Origin: an uncultured Trueperaceae bacterium
Lineage (GTDB): Bacteria; Deinococcota; Deinococci; Deinococcales; Trueperaceae
NCBI GenBank assembly: GCA_963799485.1
Contig: CAWCXJ010000002.1
Location: 1-64,000 of the forward strand
Direction of reading: 5' to 3'
Length of the DNA: 64,000 nt
Positions within the stretch are counted from its first letter, which is position 1; each line of letters begins with the position of its first letter. A program made the translations under genes and the position numbers. The notes under the pieces were generated by a model. That model ran no database searches. It had not been told where the DNA came from and worked only from the letters and a program-made list of their open reading frames with translations. Below, piece after piece: positions 28,919-39,000 of this stretch.

Positions 28919-28933
28919 AGAGGAGCGTGTCAT

Positions 28934-29326
28934 GTGAGCGAGGGGCCTTTATTCTACGACAAGCCTCACTATCCGTTGACGTTTTCAAGCACCGCTTACC
29001 AAACCGACGCAGACGGGAACACTGTCTACGACGAATACAACGAACCCGCACTTGTTGAAGGCGCGGGTTTTACAATCCGCGCCCACGCCAAAAAACTTTC
29101 AGGTAACGAAGCCGAACGTTTAGGGCTAGACCGTACCCGCATGAACCTCGAGCTTTTATGTGCCGACCCCATGAGTGGTGACAGCCGCATTACGGGCGGT
29201 TCACGCTGCTCACTGTCGTTTATGGGCAAGACCGGCACGGTGACAATTAAAGCTGTGCCTGACGAACGTCTACACGATGTGGTGAAGGAAATTGGGGTGA
29301 AGTATTGGGGCGTTTGGGATGGCTAA
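28934..29326 (+). CDS. Head closure protein (putative)
   Basis: Position. Confidence 0.55.
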   Translation: MSEGPLFYDKPHYPLTFSSTAYQTDADGNTVYDEYNEPALVEGAGFTIRAHAKKLSGNEAERLGLDRTRMNLELLCADPMSGDSRITGGSRCSLSFMGKTGTVTIKAVPDERLHDVVKEIGVKYWGVWDG

Positions 29327-29735
29327 AAAGGGCGGTAAGCTCTACCCGAACGCCGCCGCCATTATCGCTAAGCAGTTAGAGCGGCCTGTGCAGCGCGCCG
29401 CCGAGTCCAAGGCCGCCGACCTAAAGCGAAATGTCAGCCGTGGCCCGCGTAGCGGCGTTAAGTACGCGGGATTGCCCTATCAGTCGTCAGCACCGGGAGA
29501 GTTTCCTCAGCAACAGTCTTCAGGTGACGAGGCGCTTGTCAACAGCATAGAAGCAAACCCGACTAACGACCGGCTTAGATGGCAAGTAGGGTTCTTCGGG
29601 CAACCTCAAAAGAAGCTGAACGCACTCGAATGGGGTTATGAGCCGAATAACCTCGAGGCTCGAGCGCCGTTACAAAGGACGATGGACGACAACGAAAGCA
29701 ACAACAGGGCGCTTGAGGCTACAAGGCGGCGTTAG
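29319..29735 (+). CDS. HK97 gp10-like neck protein
   Basis: SAPGEFP..LVNSI..LEWG..ARAPL. Confidence 0.7.
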   Translation: MAKKGGKLYPNAAAIIAKQLERPVQRAAESKAADLKRNVSRGPRSGVKYAGLPYQSSAPGEFPQQQSSGDEALVNSIEANPTNDRLRWQVGFFGQPQKKLNALEWGYEPNNLEARAPLQRTMDDNESNNRALEATRRR

Positions 29736-29959
29736 GCCGGGACAAGTCTAATTTGTTTTATTTCGCATTGCATACCGTCAATTACGCTTTCAACCGTCAC
29801 CCAAACAGCCCTGCTTTGCACGACCTCAATAGCCCCGTCAGGGCTTACCGACTGCACAGGGAATACCCAATTGTTTACGGCTGCCTGAGCAAAAAAGTCT
29901 GCTAACCGATTGTCTGCTTTTATCAAGCTGTCAATCGGTGAAGATGAGAGTTTTTCCAT
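29732..29959 (-). CDS. Leaderless moron, unknown function
   Basis: TGCTAAACT-N5-ATG 29959; opposite to structural operon. Confidence 0.6.
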   Translation of the reverse strand: MEKLSSSPIDSLIKADNRLADFFAQAAVNNWVFPVQSVSPDGAIEVVQSRAVWVTVESVIDGMQCEIKQIRLVPA

Positions 29960-29989
29960 AGCCAAGTTTAGCAAAAACGGGGGTGACGT

Positions 29990-30436
29990 CTGGACACCGT
30001 AGCTTTTCTCCGAACCCTTCACGCCGACCCTGAAAACGACTCGAGCCCCCATCTGCGTGTGTTTGAAAGTGACCTGACGCCGGACGATGAGGCGGCGCTT
30101 GCGGGTTATCCATATCCGTATGCGTTAGTGCTGGGCCTGCCCGAAAACGCACGCGCCTCAACACTTTCAGGCCAAACCGATATAGAAGGCGCACTTGATG
30201 TGGTGCTCGAGCATAGAGGCAGCGCCGCGCGCCCGCATAAACGGACGCTTACCGCGTTGCGTAACCAAGTCATGCGCGCGCCGCTCTACGTAACCCACGC
30301 CGCGCCACAGCTTGAACTTGTGCGCCCGCTTAAATATCTGTCCGGTACGCAACCGGCCTCAAGTTACCAGGACAACACCACCCTATTTGCTACCTGTCGG
30401 TTTCGGGCAGTGTGGCGTATGAAGCTAGGAGACTAA
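29990..30436 (+). CDS. Tail terminator (putative); start uncertain (CTG 29990 or GTG 30059)
   Basis: Position; frame open from 29987; GGGGGTGA precedes CTG. Confidence 0.55.
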   Translation: MDTVAFLRTLHADPENDSSPHLRVFESDLTPDDEAALAGYPYPYALVLGLPENARASTLSGQTDIEGALDVVLEHRGSAARPHKRTLTALRNQVMRAPLYVTHAAPQLELVRPLKYLSGTQPASSYQDNTTLFATCRFRAVWRMKLGD

Positions 30437-30437
30437 C

Positions 30438-30596
30438 ATGCAAGTCGAGTTTACCGGCAAGCAGACCGTGTATAACGGCAGAACCTACCGGGCCGGAGAA
30501 AAGTTACAGGTCTCCGACGACCGCGCCAAAGACCTCCTCAAAGCGGGCTTAGCTAAAGAAGCCGGTAAGAAAGAAGCCCCCGCCAAGTCGGGATGA
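30438..30596 (+). CDS. Small virion-associated protein
   Basis: 52 aa MQVEFTGK..YRAGEKLQVSDDRAKDL, AGGAG SD; below ORF-track cutoff. Confidence 0.7.
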   Translation: MQVEFTGKQTVYNGRTYRAGEKLQVSDDRAKDLLKAGLAKEAGKKEAPAKSG

Positions 30597-30847
30597 AAGT
30601 CCGCTTACCCCGGCACCCCGCCGCTTACGTCGCCAACCTAGCCGAACCGGTCAAGCTCGAGCTTTACGACCGGGCGTGCTTTTTGAACGGCGTCGATCTC
30701 GCCGACCTGATATTTGCACTCGAGCTGCAATTTAAGGGCGGCTTTACAACTGCGACTTTTACCCTGCAAGAAACCCTTGATTTCGACGGGCGGCTTGTCA
30801 AGGTCGCAAAGCGCGTCACCCTACCTTCTCAAAACTTTAAGGAGTAA
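30593..30847 (+). CDS. Hypothetical protein
   Basis: ATGA-coupled. Confidence 0.6.
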   Translation: MKVRLPRHPAAYVANLAEPVKLELYDRACFLNGVDLADLIFALELQFKGGFTTATFTLQETLDFDGRLVKVAKRVTLPSQNFKE

Positions 30848-30849
30848 CC

Positions 30850-31353
30850 ATGCCCGAATTAACCGGCGTTTCCGTTACCGAGCCCGCAGCGGGTTCAGTT
30901 TTAACCATTCAGCCCGACGAGCACGGCTTTTATCTCAAAGCCTTCACGACCGGCACGGCGTCGTTTGTAGACGCCGACAACTACGCCGACCTGATTATCG
31001 GCGCGCTGCCCTTTTCGGCCTCGGTTGACGCCGCTGACCTCCGCACACTTTCCGGTCGGCGTATCCGTGGCGACCGCACCATCACCGCAGATAACCAGAC
31101 GGCGCGCTTCAACGTGTTTTTAGGCCAAGCCAAGCACACGCTGCTGTTTGACCGCCTGGTAACGCGCAAGAGTGCGCCGAACCAGGGCGACCCGCTCGCG
31201 TTCCTTCGTTCGTTCCCTGACTACGCGGGTATCGCCGGGGCTAGCACGGTTGAAAACATGAACCCCGAAGGCGACCCGGACGCCGACGCCTACGGCTGGG
31301 ATGTCGAGTTTGCCTTTTCGGATTTCGACTGGGTAGACCTGACACCTGCTTAG
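30850..31353 (+). CDS. Major tail protein (putative)
   Basis: Strong SD; position before chaperones and tape measure. Confidence 0.65.
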   Translation: MPELTGVSVTEPAAGSVLTIQPDEHGFYLKAFTTGTASFVDADNYADLIIGALPFSASVDAADLRTLSGRRIRGDRTITADNQTARFNVFLGQAKHTLLFDRLVTRKSAPNQGDPLAFLRSFPDYAGIAGASTVENMNPEGDPDADAYGWDVEFAFSDFDWVDLTPA

Positions 31354-31356
31354 GCG

Positions 31357-31611
31357 TTGATACTGACACTAACCGCAGAGGGCTACGGCCCTCTGCATCT
31401 TTTGGACGTGCGAACAGAGGGGGACATGCTCCTGGCGCACGGTTACATGTACGATGGCAACGCGCCTATCCCCCCGGGCGCGACTTTCCACGAGTCCGGC
31501 ACCGTCTACCGCACGACACGGCGCTTAGAGGCGGGCCTGTTTTTTATGCATGAAGACGAACTCGGCTACAAGCTCGAGCTACCTCTCGTGCTTCTACAGG
31601 GGGAAACATAA
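31357..31611 (+). CDS. Hypothetical protein
   Basis: ORF in tail operon. Confidence 0.55.
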   Translation: MILTLTAEGYGPLHLLDVRTEGDMLLAHGYMYDGNAPIPPGATFHESGTVYRTTRRLEAGLFFMHEDELGYKLELPLVLLQGET

Positions 31612-31612
31612 A

Positions 31613-32269
31613 ATGGCAAACAAGATACAGGAAAAGCTGACGGCCTCGAGCCTCATGAAAGCACCTGAGTTTATGGTGTGCGGCGTGGTGTTGTCCTCAC
31701 GCTTGACGGTTGAGGAATACGCCATGCTCGAGGACTACGAAGCCGATAAAGACCTGATCGGCTTACGGGTCAAGCTCGAGGCCGTGCAGGACAAAAACAA
31801 CCGCGACAATCGAGAGAACACCTCTCCCGCGTACCGGGCGCAGGTGCAAAAAGTTGCCGCGCTCACGGTTGCGCGTGAAAATAAACTAGACGGACTTAGG
31901 CAAGACCCGATGAGTTGGGACGACGACGATGACCTGTTCGTCGAGCGCCTCGAGGAAAAGCTGGGCGAAGCGCAAGACAAGCTCGACGCCTTAAAGCCCG
32001 ACCCAAACAAAATATTGCAAGCGATATCTAAAAACCAAAAAGACTTAAACGACTTTAACCACGCGTACCGTAACTTTTATCTCGAGTACGCGCACGGCCT
32101 GGCGGTCTCACGCGGGTTGACCAAAGAAAAGTTTACCGCGTGGCAGGAACGGGCAAACGCGCAGGACACGGCGAACGTAATGGAAGTTATTAAAATGGGA
32201 AAAGCCCTATTCAACCATTCCGAGGAGCCCCGGACTTACGAGGCGCTCCCGAACGCTCTGAAGAACTAA
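31613..32269 (+). CDS. Tail assembly chaperone (gpG-like)
   Basis: Helical; slippery G GGA AAA at 32197-32203. Confidence 0.75.
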   Translation: MANKIQEKLTASSLMKAPEFMVCGVVLSSRLTVEEYAMLEDYEADKDLIGLRVKLEAVQDKNNRDNRENTSPAYRAQVQKVAALTVARENKLDGLRQDPMSWDDDDDLFVERLEEKLGEAQDKLDALKPDPNKILQAISKNQKDLNDFNHAYRNFYLEYAHGLAVSRGLTKEKFTAWQERANAQDTANVMEVIKMGKALFNHSEEPRTYEALPNALKN

Positions 32270-32769
32270 CCGAACATCCGTATGACACGGTGCTCGAGCT
32301 TAAGGTCAAGGCCGCCGCGCTCGGTATCAAGAGTGAGGACTTTCCGAACGCCTACATAGAAGACATTATCCTGGGCTGGGAAGCGGAGAAATTAAAAATC
32401 TACCACGCCTCAAGACCAGTACTAGACGCCCAACTCGCCAAACTCTCGCCTGTGAGCCTCGCCAAAGCCGAAGCTGAAGGCGAAACCGACGACGAGAAGA
32501 AATACGGCGCGAGAGGCCGCAAGATACTCGAGCGCATTACCAGCACCACGCACTTTAGACTGATGCCCGCGCATGAGCAAGGCGCGTTTGTAAGGGCTCG
32601 AGGCTGGCCTCAAGAACAGGGCGAAGTCTATCCGGTCGAGGGCTTAAGCAAAACGCTTGCCGCCGACATTATCCGCTTGGGTGAGTCGGGTGCGGTAGCA
32701 GAGAGCGTTGAATACTGGCGTGCTTACCGGGCGCTTAGGTCGAGGCTTCACAAGACGCTTAAGGGGTAG
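32197..32769 (+). CDS. Tail assembly chaperone -1 frameshift extension (gpGT-like)
   Basis: -1 frame open from GGGAAAA into ORF 32290..32769. Confidence 0.75.
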   Translation, partial: GKSPIQPFRGAPDLRGAPERSEELTEHPYDTVLELKVKAAALGIKSEDFPNAYIEDIILGWEAEKLKIYHASRPVLDAQLAKLSPVSLAKAEAEGETDDEKKYGARGRKILERITSTTHFRLMPAHEQGAFVRARGWPQEQGEVYPVEGLSKTLAADIIRLGESGAVAESVEYWRAYRALRSRLHKTLKG

Positions 32770-32986
32770 CCTTGCGCTCGAGCTGTTCAAGCCGTCCGAT
32801 AACCTCAGCGATACCCCAAGGAATAATCCCGCCGGCAAATCCGCCTATTAGGTAAAGCGTCGCAATAATGCCGTAACTCGTATAAGCGCCCTCTACCCCG
32901 TAGGGAACGCTTGCCAGTGTGTAGCCAAACATTCCGAGGCCGGCTACAACTGACAAGCAGCCTAGACCGATAAGCAAAGTTTTCAT
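32759..32986 (-). CDS. Leaderless two-TM membrane moron
   Basis: TGCTAAGTT-N6-ATG; two hydrophobic helices. Confidence 0.7.
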   Translation of the reverse strand: MKTLLIGLGCLSVVAGLGMFGYTLASVPYGVEGAYTSYGIIATLYLIGGFAGGIIPWGIAEVIGRLEQLERKATP

Positions 32987-33002
32987 TTTAATAACTTAGC
33001 AC

Positions 33003-33030
33003 GCCGCTCGCATGAGCGGCTTTTCTTTTG
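33003..33030 (+). terminator. Intrinsic terminator
   Basis: GCCGCTC-gcat-GAGCGGC-TTTTCTTTT. Confidence 0.75.
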
Positions 33031-33043
33031 CCCCTGAGAGGCG

Positions 33044-36000
33044 GTGATGAAATTGGCAAGCAACTCAGAAAATTCGGTCGGGTTTTTGGCTTTCGACCTA
33101 GGGGTGGATCAGAGCGAAATCAACGATCTTACCAAACAGCTCGAGGCTATCCGTAAGGGTGCTGAGGCGGCCCTTAACATCAAATCCAGCGCTGGGATTA
33201 CGCAAACTCTAAAAGATGCGAACGCTGCCGCCGCACCTCTCAGCAAAACGCTTCAGGCTTTAGCCAAAGACGGCAAGCTCGCAGGCGACGCTCTTAACGC
33301 CACAGGAAAAAGCGCAGGAGCAAGTGCTACCGGGGTTGCAAGGGTCAAAAAAGAAATTGACCCGCTGCAAAAATCTATTCTGTCACTGCGGAACGAAACT
33401 CAAGCCTACAGGAACACTGTTGAAAGTGCGGACGTTTCAAATCGTGACGCGGTTGCTAATTTCGTTAGGTTGAAAGACGCGTCGCTACAGCTTGCGTCTG
33501 GGCTCGAAAAAGATACGAAAGGATACAGAGATTTAACGGGCGTCGCGGCTAGTGCATCCCGATCAATAAAGACGCTAACCGGGGAAACCACACGCTTAGG
33601 CTTTTCTGGGAACACAACGGTCGGCGTTCTCGGTTCCATGCGTAAGGGCTTTGGGGGGCTTGGGGCGGTAATTACCCCATTAGTTGGGGTCGGCGGTCTT
33701 GCCGGGCTCGTTAAGGTCACGGGCGATTTTGTAGGCGAGGCACAACGCGCTAACAGCGCCGCCGTACTTTTTGACAAGTCTATAGATCGCTTTGGCCTTA
33801 ACGCAGGGGAGGCGAATGATCTTGTAGGCAAGCTGTCCGAACAGTTCGGCATTCTGCCGTCAAATGTCCAGAGCGCTGCTACGGTCATGCTCCGCGCCGG
33901 GGCAAGTCTCGAGGACGTAGACAAAGCGCTTACTGCTGCCGGAGCCAGCGCCGCCGCTTCAGGTTTTGATATTGGCAAGGCATTTGAAAATGTAGGTCAG
34001 GCCGTTGCTACCGGACGTTCGGAGTTGCTCGAGTCCAGCGGCATTATTACGAATGCCTCAACTGCTTATGAGGCTTATGCCAAAACCGTAGGCTCATCAG
34101 TTGACGAACTGACGCAAGCACAAAAAGTGCAGGCGCTGAGTAACGCGATCTTTGAAGAATCACGCTATGAAATTGAAGATTTAGACAGCGTTCTAACCGA
34201 CCAAGTTAAATCACAACAAGCTTTCCGCACCGCTCTGGCAGAGTCTCGGCAGGAACTAGGCGAAAAATTTGCGCCTGTCTTGACAAAGGGTACAGAGGCG
34301 GTAACAGCTCTTGTCGGCGGGTTCGGCGAATTGCCCGGTACAGCACAAGCAAGCGCCGCAGGGCTTGGTGTCATGGCAACAAGCGCCGTAGGGCTTTCAG
34401 GTTCTTTTGGCCTACTCCGCACTGCTTCAGCAGCGTTATTCAGTGCGCCCACAGGCCTCATTCTCTTGGGTGTGGGCGCAGCAGCGGGGCTCGGCACGGC
34501 GCTCTACCAGGTCATTACCAGCGCAGAAGATTTAGGCGTGGCGGTTCAAACGTTGGGGGGCGAACTCGAGGCTAATGCCAAAGGGTTTGCTACCGTTCAA
34601 ACCGCTGTCGGTGAATTAACCAAAGTTACCGATAAAAACGGGTTTATGGGCGTTGTCGAAACGCTCGCTACAACCTTAGACGAAAAGGGCGCAGCGTCGC
34701 TCAAGCGTTTTGCTACTGCTACGGCGCTGCCTTTAATCGCCCAGGGTGATTTACAGGGCGCAATAAGCGAGACGATTGCCAAACTAGGCGAACTAGAGCA
34801 GGCGACTTTGCAAACTCAGCTTGCCGAGTCACAACGTCAATACAACGAAATCTTTAACCGGGCTACGTCGCTAAAGCGGATTGTAGACGATCTGGAAGTC
34901 CGGGCGTCGGGCGCTAACGCTGCTTTCGGTGAAGCGTCGCTACCCTTTACGGCGGCTGACGCGGCCTCGCTTAAAAACTACCAGACTCAGCTAGGCGAAA
35001 CTTATGGATTACTGAGTCAGGCGCAGATCGGCCTAAACGAAACCCGTACCCAGATGGACGCCGTAAATGAAGCGCAGCGGATCTTAAATGACAGCACGCT
35101 CACCGCTGAGGAACGTTTGCAAGGCTTTGCCGACGCTTTAGGTTTAGCCGCAGATTTTGGTCTAGAAGCTAACACTGCCCTCACTGGCGCAGGCGCTGCC
35201 GGGGACAACGCAGCCGGGGGCGTCGGCGCGGTAGGTGACGCCGCAGGGAAAACCGCCTCACAGTTTGACGCCGCGCTCACCGCTTCAAGCGACTGGATTA
35301 CCCGCCTGACCCGCGAGGTTGACCAAAACCTCAAACCCGCAAGCGACGTTATTGATACGTTCAAGACCCGTATCAACGAACTCCAAGCCGAGCAGACACG
35401 GCTCGCTAATGCCGGACTTATCAACGGTGCTCAGTACGACCTGGCCCAAGAGAAAATCAAGCTGCTCGTTGCCGCCGTCGAGGACTTGACCGGCGCTAAG
35501 CTCGTCTTGCCGGACATTTCAGCAACCGTTCTGGACCCACTTGACGAGGTACGCAACGCCATCCTCGGCACACAACAAGAACTAGCCCTAAGCCAAGATG
35601 CTGGCGAGGCGTGGGGTGAGGCCTATACCCGCGTGTTTGGCGCAACCGGTAGAGCCGCCACCGAAGCCGACACCCTCGAGAAAAGCTTTTTTATCAACCG
35701 TACCAAACGGCAAAATGAAGACATCATCGCGCAAGAAAACTTAGCGTCGGCAGTTGAATACTATGGCCGCACAGTAGAAAGCAGCTCGAGTTTTTTAGAA
35801 GCGCAGATCGAGCAAAACCAGCGCCATATCAACGTCCTACGTGACACCATCGTTGCTCAAGACGACTGGAACGAACGGCTAGCAATCTCTAACAAGGACT
35901 TGCCGAAAACGACGCGGGCGACCGACGACTTTTCGACCGCTCTAGCCGGGTTAAACGACAACGCCCAGGGTGTAACCAGCGCGTTTGACGATATAGACGA

Positions 36001-39000
36001 CATTACGGGCGGCCTAGAGGACGCTGCCGATCTAGCCAAAGCGCTAGGTAAAAAGTTTGACGGCACAGGCACCGAGGCTAAGCTGCTCGAGGCCAAAATC
36101 ACGTCTCTACTTGAGCGTGGCTTCGACCCTAGCAGCGAGAGCGTTGCAGGGCTAACCGAGCGCCTTGTCGAGCTGCGTAAAGAGCAAAAAGAGGCCGAAA
36201 AAGCCAACAAAACGTATGCCGAGAACCTCAAAGTCACACGTGACGCCCAAGAGCAGCTAGCCGACGCCTCGAGTATCGCCACCGACGATATCGACGAGCT
36301 GATTCGGTCGTTAGACCGCGCTGCTGAGGGTGCCGGTTTACTCGGCCAACAGGCGCGACAGGCGCAGACTGATTTAGCCGCTTTGCAAGTTGCCCGTGAC
36401 GTTGCTTTTGGCTTTGATTTACTAGGCCAAGCTGCTACGGGTGCACTTGAAGCGTTTCCCGAAATGGCGACAGAAGGCAAAGTCGCGCTAGGGGCACTTG
36501 AGGGTGCGGCGGGCTCGGCAACCGCCGCCTTACAAGACGGCCAAATCAGCATGGCCGACGGGTTTGGGATTGTCAGTAGCGCGATCGACGGCGTATTGTC
36601 GCAGCTCGGCGACGATGTACCGGCTGAAGTGAAGATAGCCGGTAGCGCTATCTCAAGCGTGTTTAGCGGCGCTGCCGCCGGGGCCGCGTTTGGGCCTTGG
36701 GGCGCGGTAGCAGGCGGGGTTATCGGCGGCATCTCAGGGCTGTTCGGCGGTATCACTGAGGAGCAGAGACGGCAAGCCGAGGCACAAAGAGCGTTTAACG
36801 ACGAGCTGCAAAATACCTATGAAATCACTGTTGATATTGCCGACCAGAACAAAGAAGGGCAGACACAAAGCAGTAACGCGCTGCTCGACTCCAAGCTCGA
36901 TTACGCTCAATCGTCAGGCAATTATGAAGGCAAACGCGGTAAGGGTGCTTTAGGTCTCGCGCAACTTAAAATCGACTTGATTACCGAGTACGAAGACTTT
37001 CAAGCCACCATCGATGCCATGCAAGATCGTTACACGGCGATTGATACCCAGGTCAGAGCGATTAACCAGCAGCTCGAGACGGGTATCTCGGAAAGCGGCG
37101 CACGCCTTACCGAGGCCCAGAAAGCCGACCTGCAGGCCCAACGTACCGCCCTTCTTACCGAGCAGGGCAACCTGCAAACCGAGTACGACAACTACTTTGA
37201 GGCGTTCGGTTACAAAGTCGGCGCGCTCTTGGAGCAAACCGACCAGATCGCTAAGGATTTAGGAATCAGCCAACAAGAACTCTACACTGCACTGCTAACT
37301 GGTAACGACGAAATCTTGGGGCAGCTTACCGGCGAACAGCAAGAGGCTTTGCGGATTAGTTTGGTGTCTTACTATCAAGCCTTTGGGGTATTGCCCGAAG
37401 GTGCCGCTGAGGCCGCTGAAGCTCTGGGCCTCAGTACCACGACGTTGCTTGCTGAACTCGAAGCGTCCGACCAGACGCTAGGCACAGCAGCGGCTAACGG
37501 GGCGACAGCGACCCGCGAGGGTGTTGACGCTCTAAATCAGCAGCTTATTGATTTCTTCGGGCCGGAGAAGTCCGCGCAAATCCGCGCTATGATTTTGGCG
37601 CTGTACGACGAACAGGCAACTGCGTTAGGTGAGGGCGACCAGACGCTTGCGGCCACCGCGCAGGGCGTGAACGCCGCACCCGCAGCTTTAACCGGGATTT
37701 TAGACCAGATCAGCGCGATCTTCGGCGACAAAGCCGGGCCAATTATTGACCTTATCAACCAGACTTACGCCGATATGAGCGGGGCGGTTGATACTAGCAC
37801 CACGACTCTTTCTACACAGGCTACTACCAGCGGCACCACCCTTTCAGGCGACCTCAGCAGCATCTTTAACAGCGCCAAGGACGCCATTACCAACACCGCA
37901 CCGGGCGCGTTTTCAAGCCTTACCGACGCCCTCAGTGGGATACGCGGCGGGCTGGGCGACGAAGGCGACCTCTTAGGGCAAAGTCTCTTCGCGCAGGAAC
38001 AAGCGTTAGCCGAGCGGCAAAAGCAGCTTTTCCGAGAACAAGAGATTATGGCGGGCAGATACGGCCCCGACGCTAAAAAAGCGCTTGAAGACCAGATACA
38101 AGCCGAACGCGAGGCGCTAAAAATTGCCCTTTACTCCGCCAATGGTGGCGGCTTGATCGGCTACTTGAGCCTTAGTGAAACCAATGCCGCAAACGCCCTC
38201 GGTTCGTTTTTTAACAAACAAGGCACGACCCTTACCACACAGGGTAGCCAGACCGTCGGCAAAATCAACAATGTGACCGGCGATATTCGTACCGCGATGA
38301 ACAAGCTTGTCGCGGCCTCGACCGTCGGCAAACCTGGCAGCGGCCTGTTCAGTTTCAAAAACCCAGGTAGCGGGGGAGGCGGCAGTAGACCCGGTGCAGC
38401 GGGATTCTTCGCACCCCTAAACGCCACTATCGACGAACATGCGCTAGGCGGCATGTCTTCGGAGTTCGGCAACTTCGACACCTACGGGCTGATGCAAGAG
38501 ATTGAAGCGCGGCCTTTCGGGTACGGCACGTCGTTTGCCCAGGTTGAGCCCGACACCTCTTACCGGAGCGGGAACGTCAGCTCTGCCGGGGCGCTAGGTG
38601 GCCTCCTTTTAAGCGTCCAGCGCGGCGTAGAGGGCTACAAGACGGGCGTGGTAGGCAGCATCAACAGCGCCATCAAAACGCAGCAAAAAGCCTTTAGTGC
38701 CCTCTCAAACAGCTTTGAGCAGGGCGTACAGACCGACACTGAGCGCACCTTAAAGGCGCTCACCGAGGCCGACCGTAAGCAACGCGCTTTCATTAAAAAG
38801 TACGGCGAGCGCAAATCCAGAGCGCCGAAAGAAGAGAAAGAAGCCTACGCCGCGAACAAGGCGGCGTTACTCGAGTTTGAACGCGACACCTTCGATATCA
38901 TCTCAGGCCGCGCCCTGACCGGGTACGCCATTATCGGGCGGAGTGACGGCAACCTTACCGGGATACTCGGGCAGCTCTTGGGCTCAAAAGTCAAGCTCAA

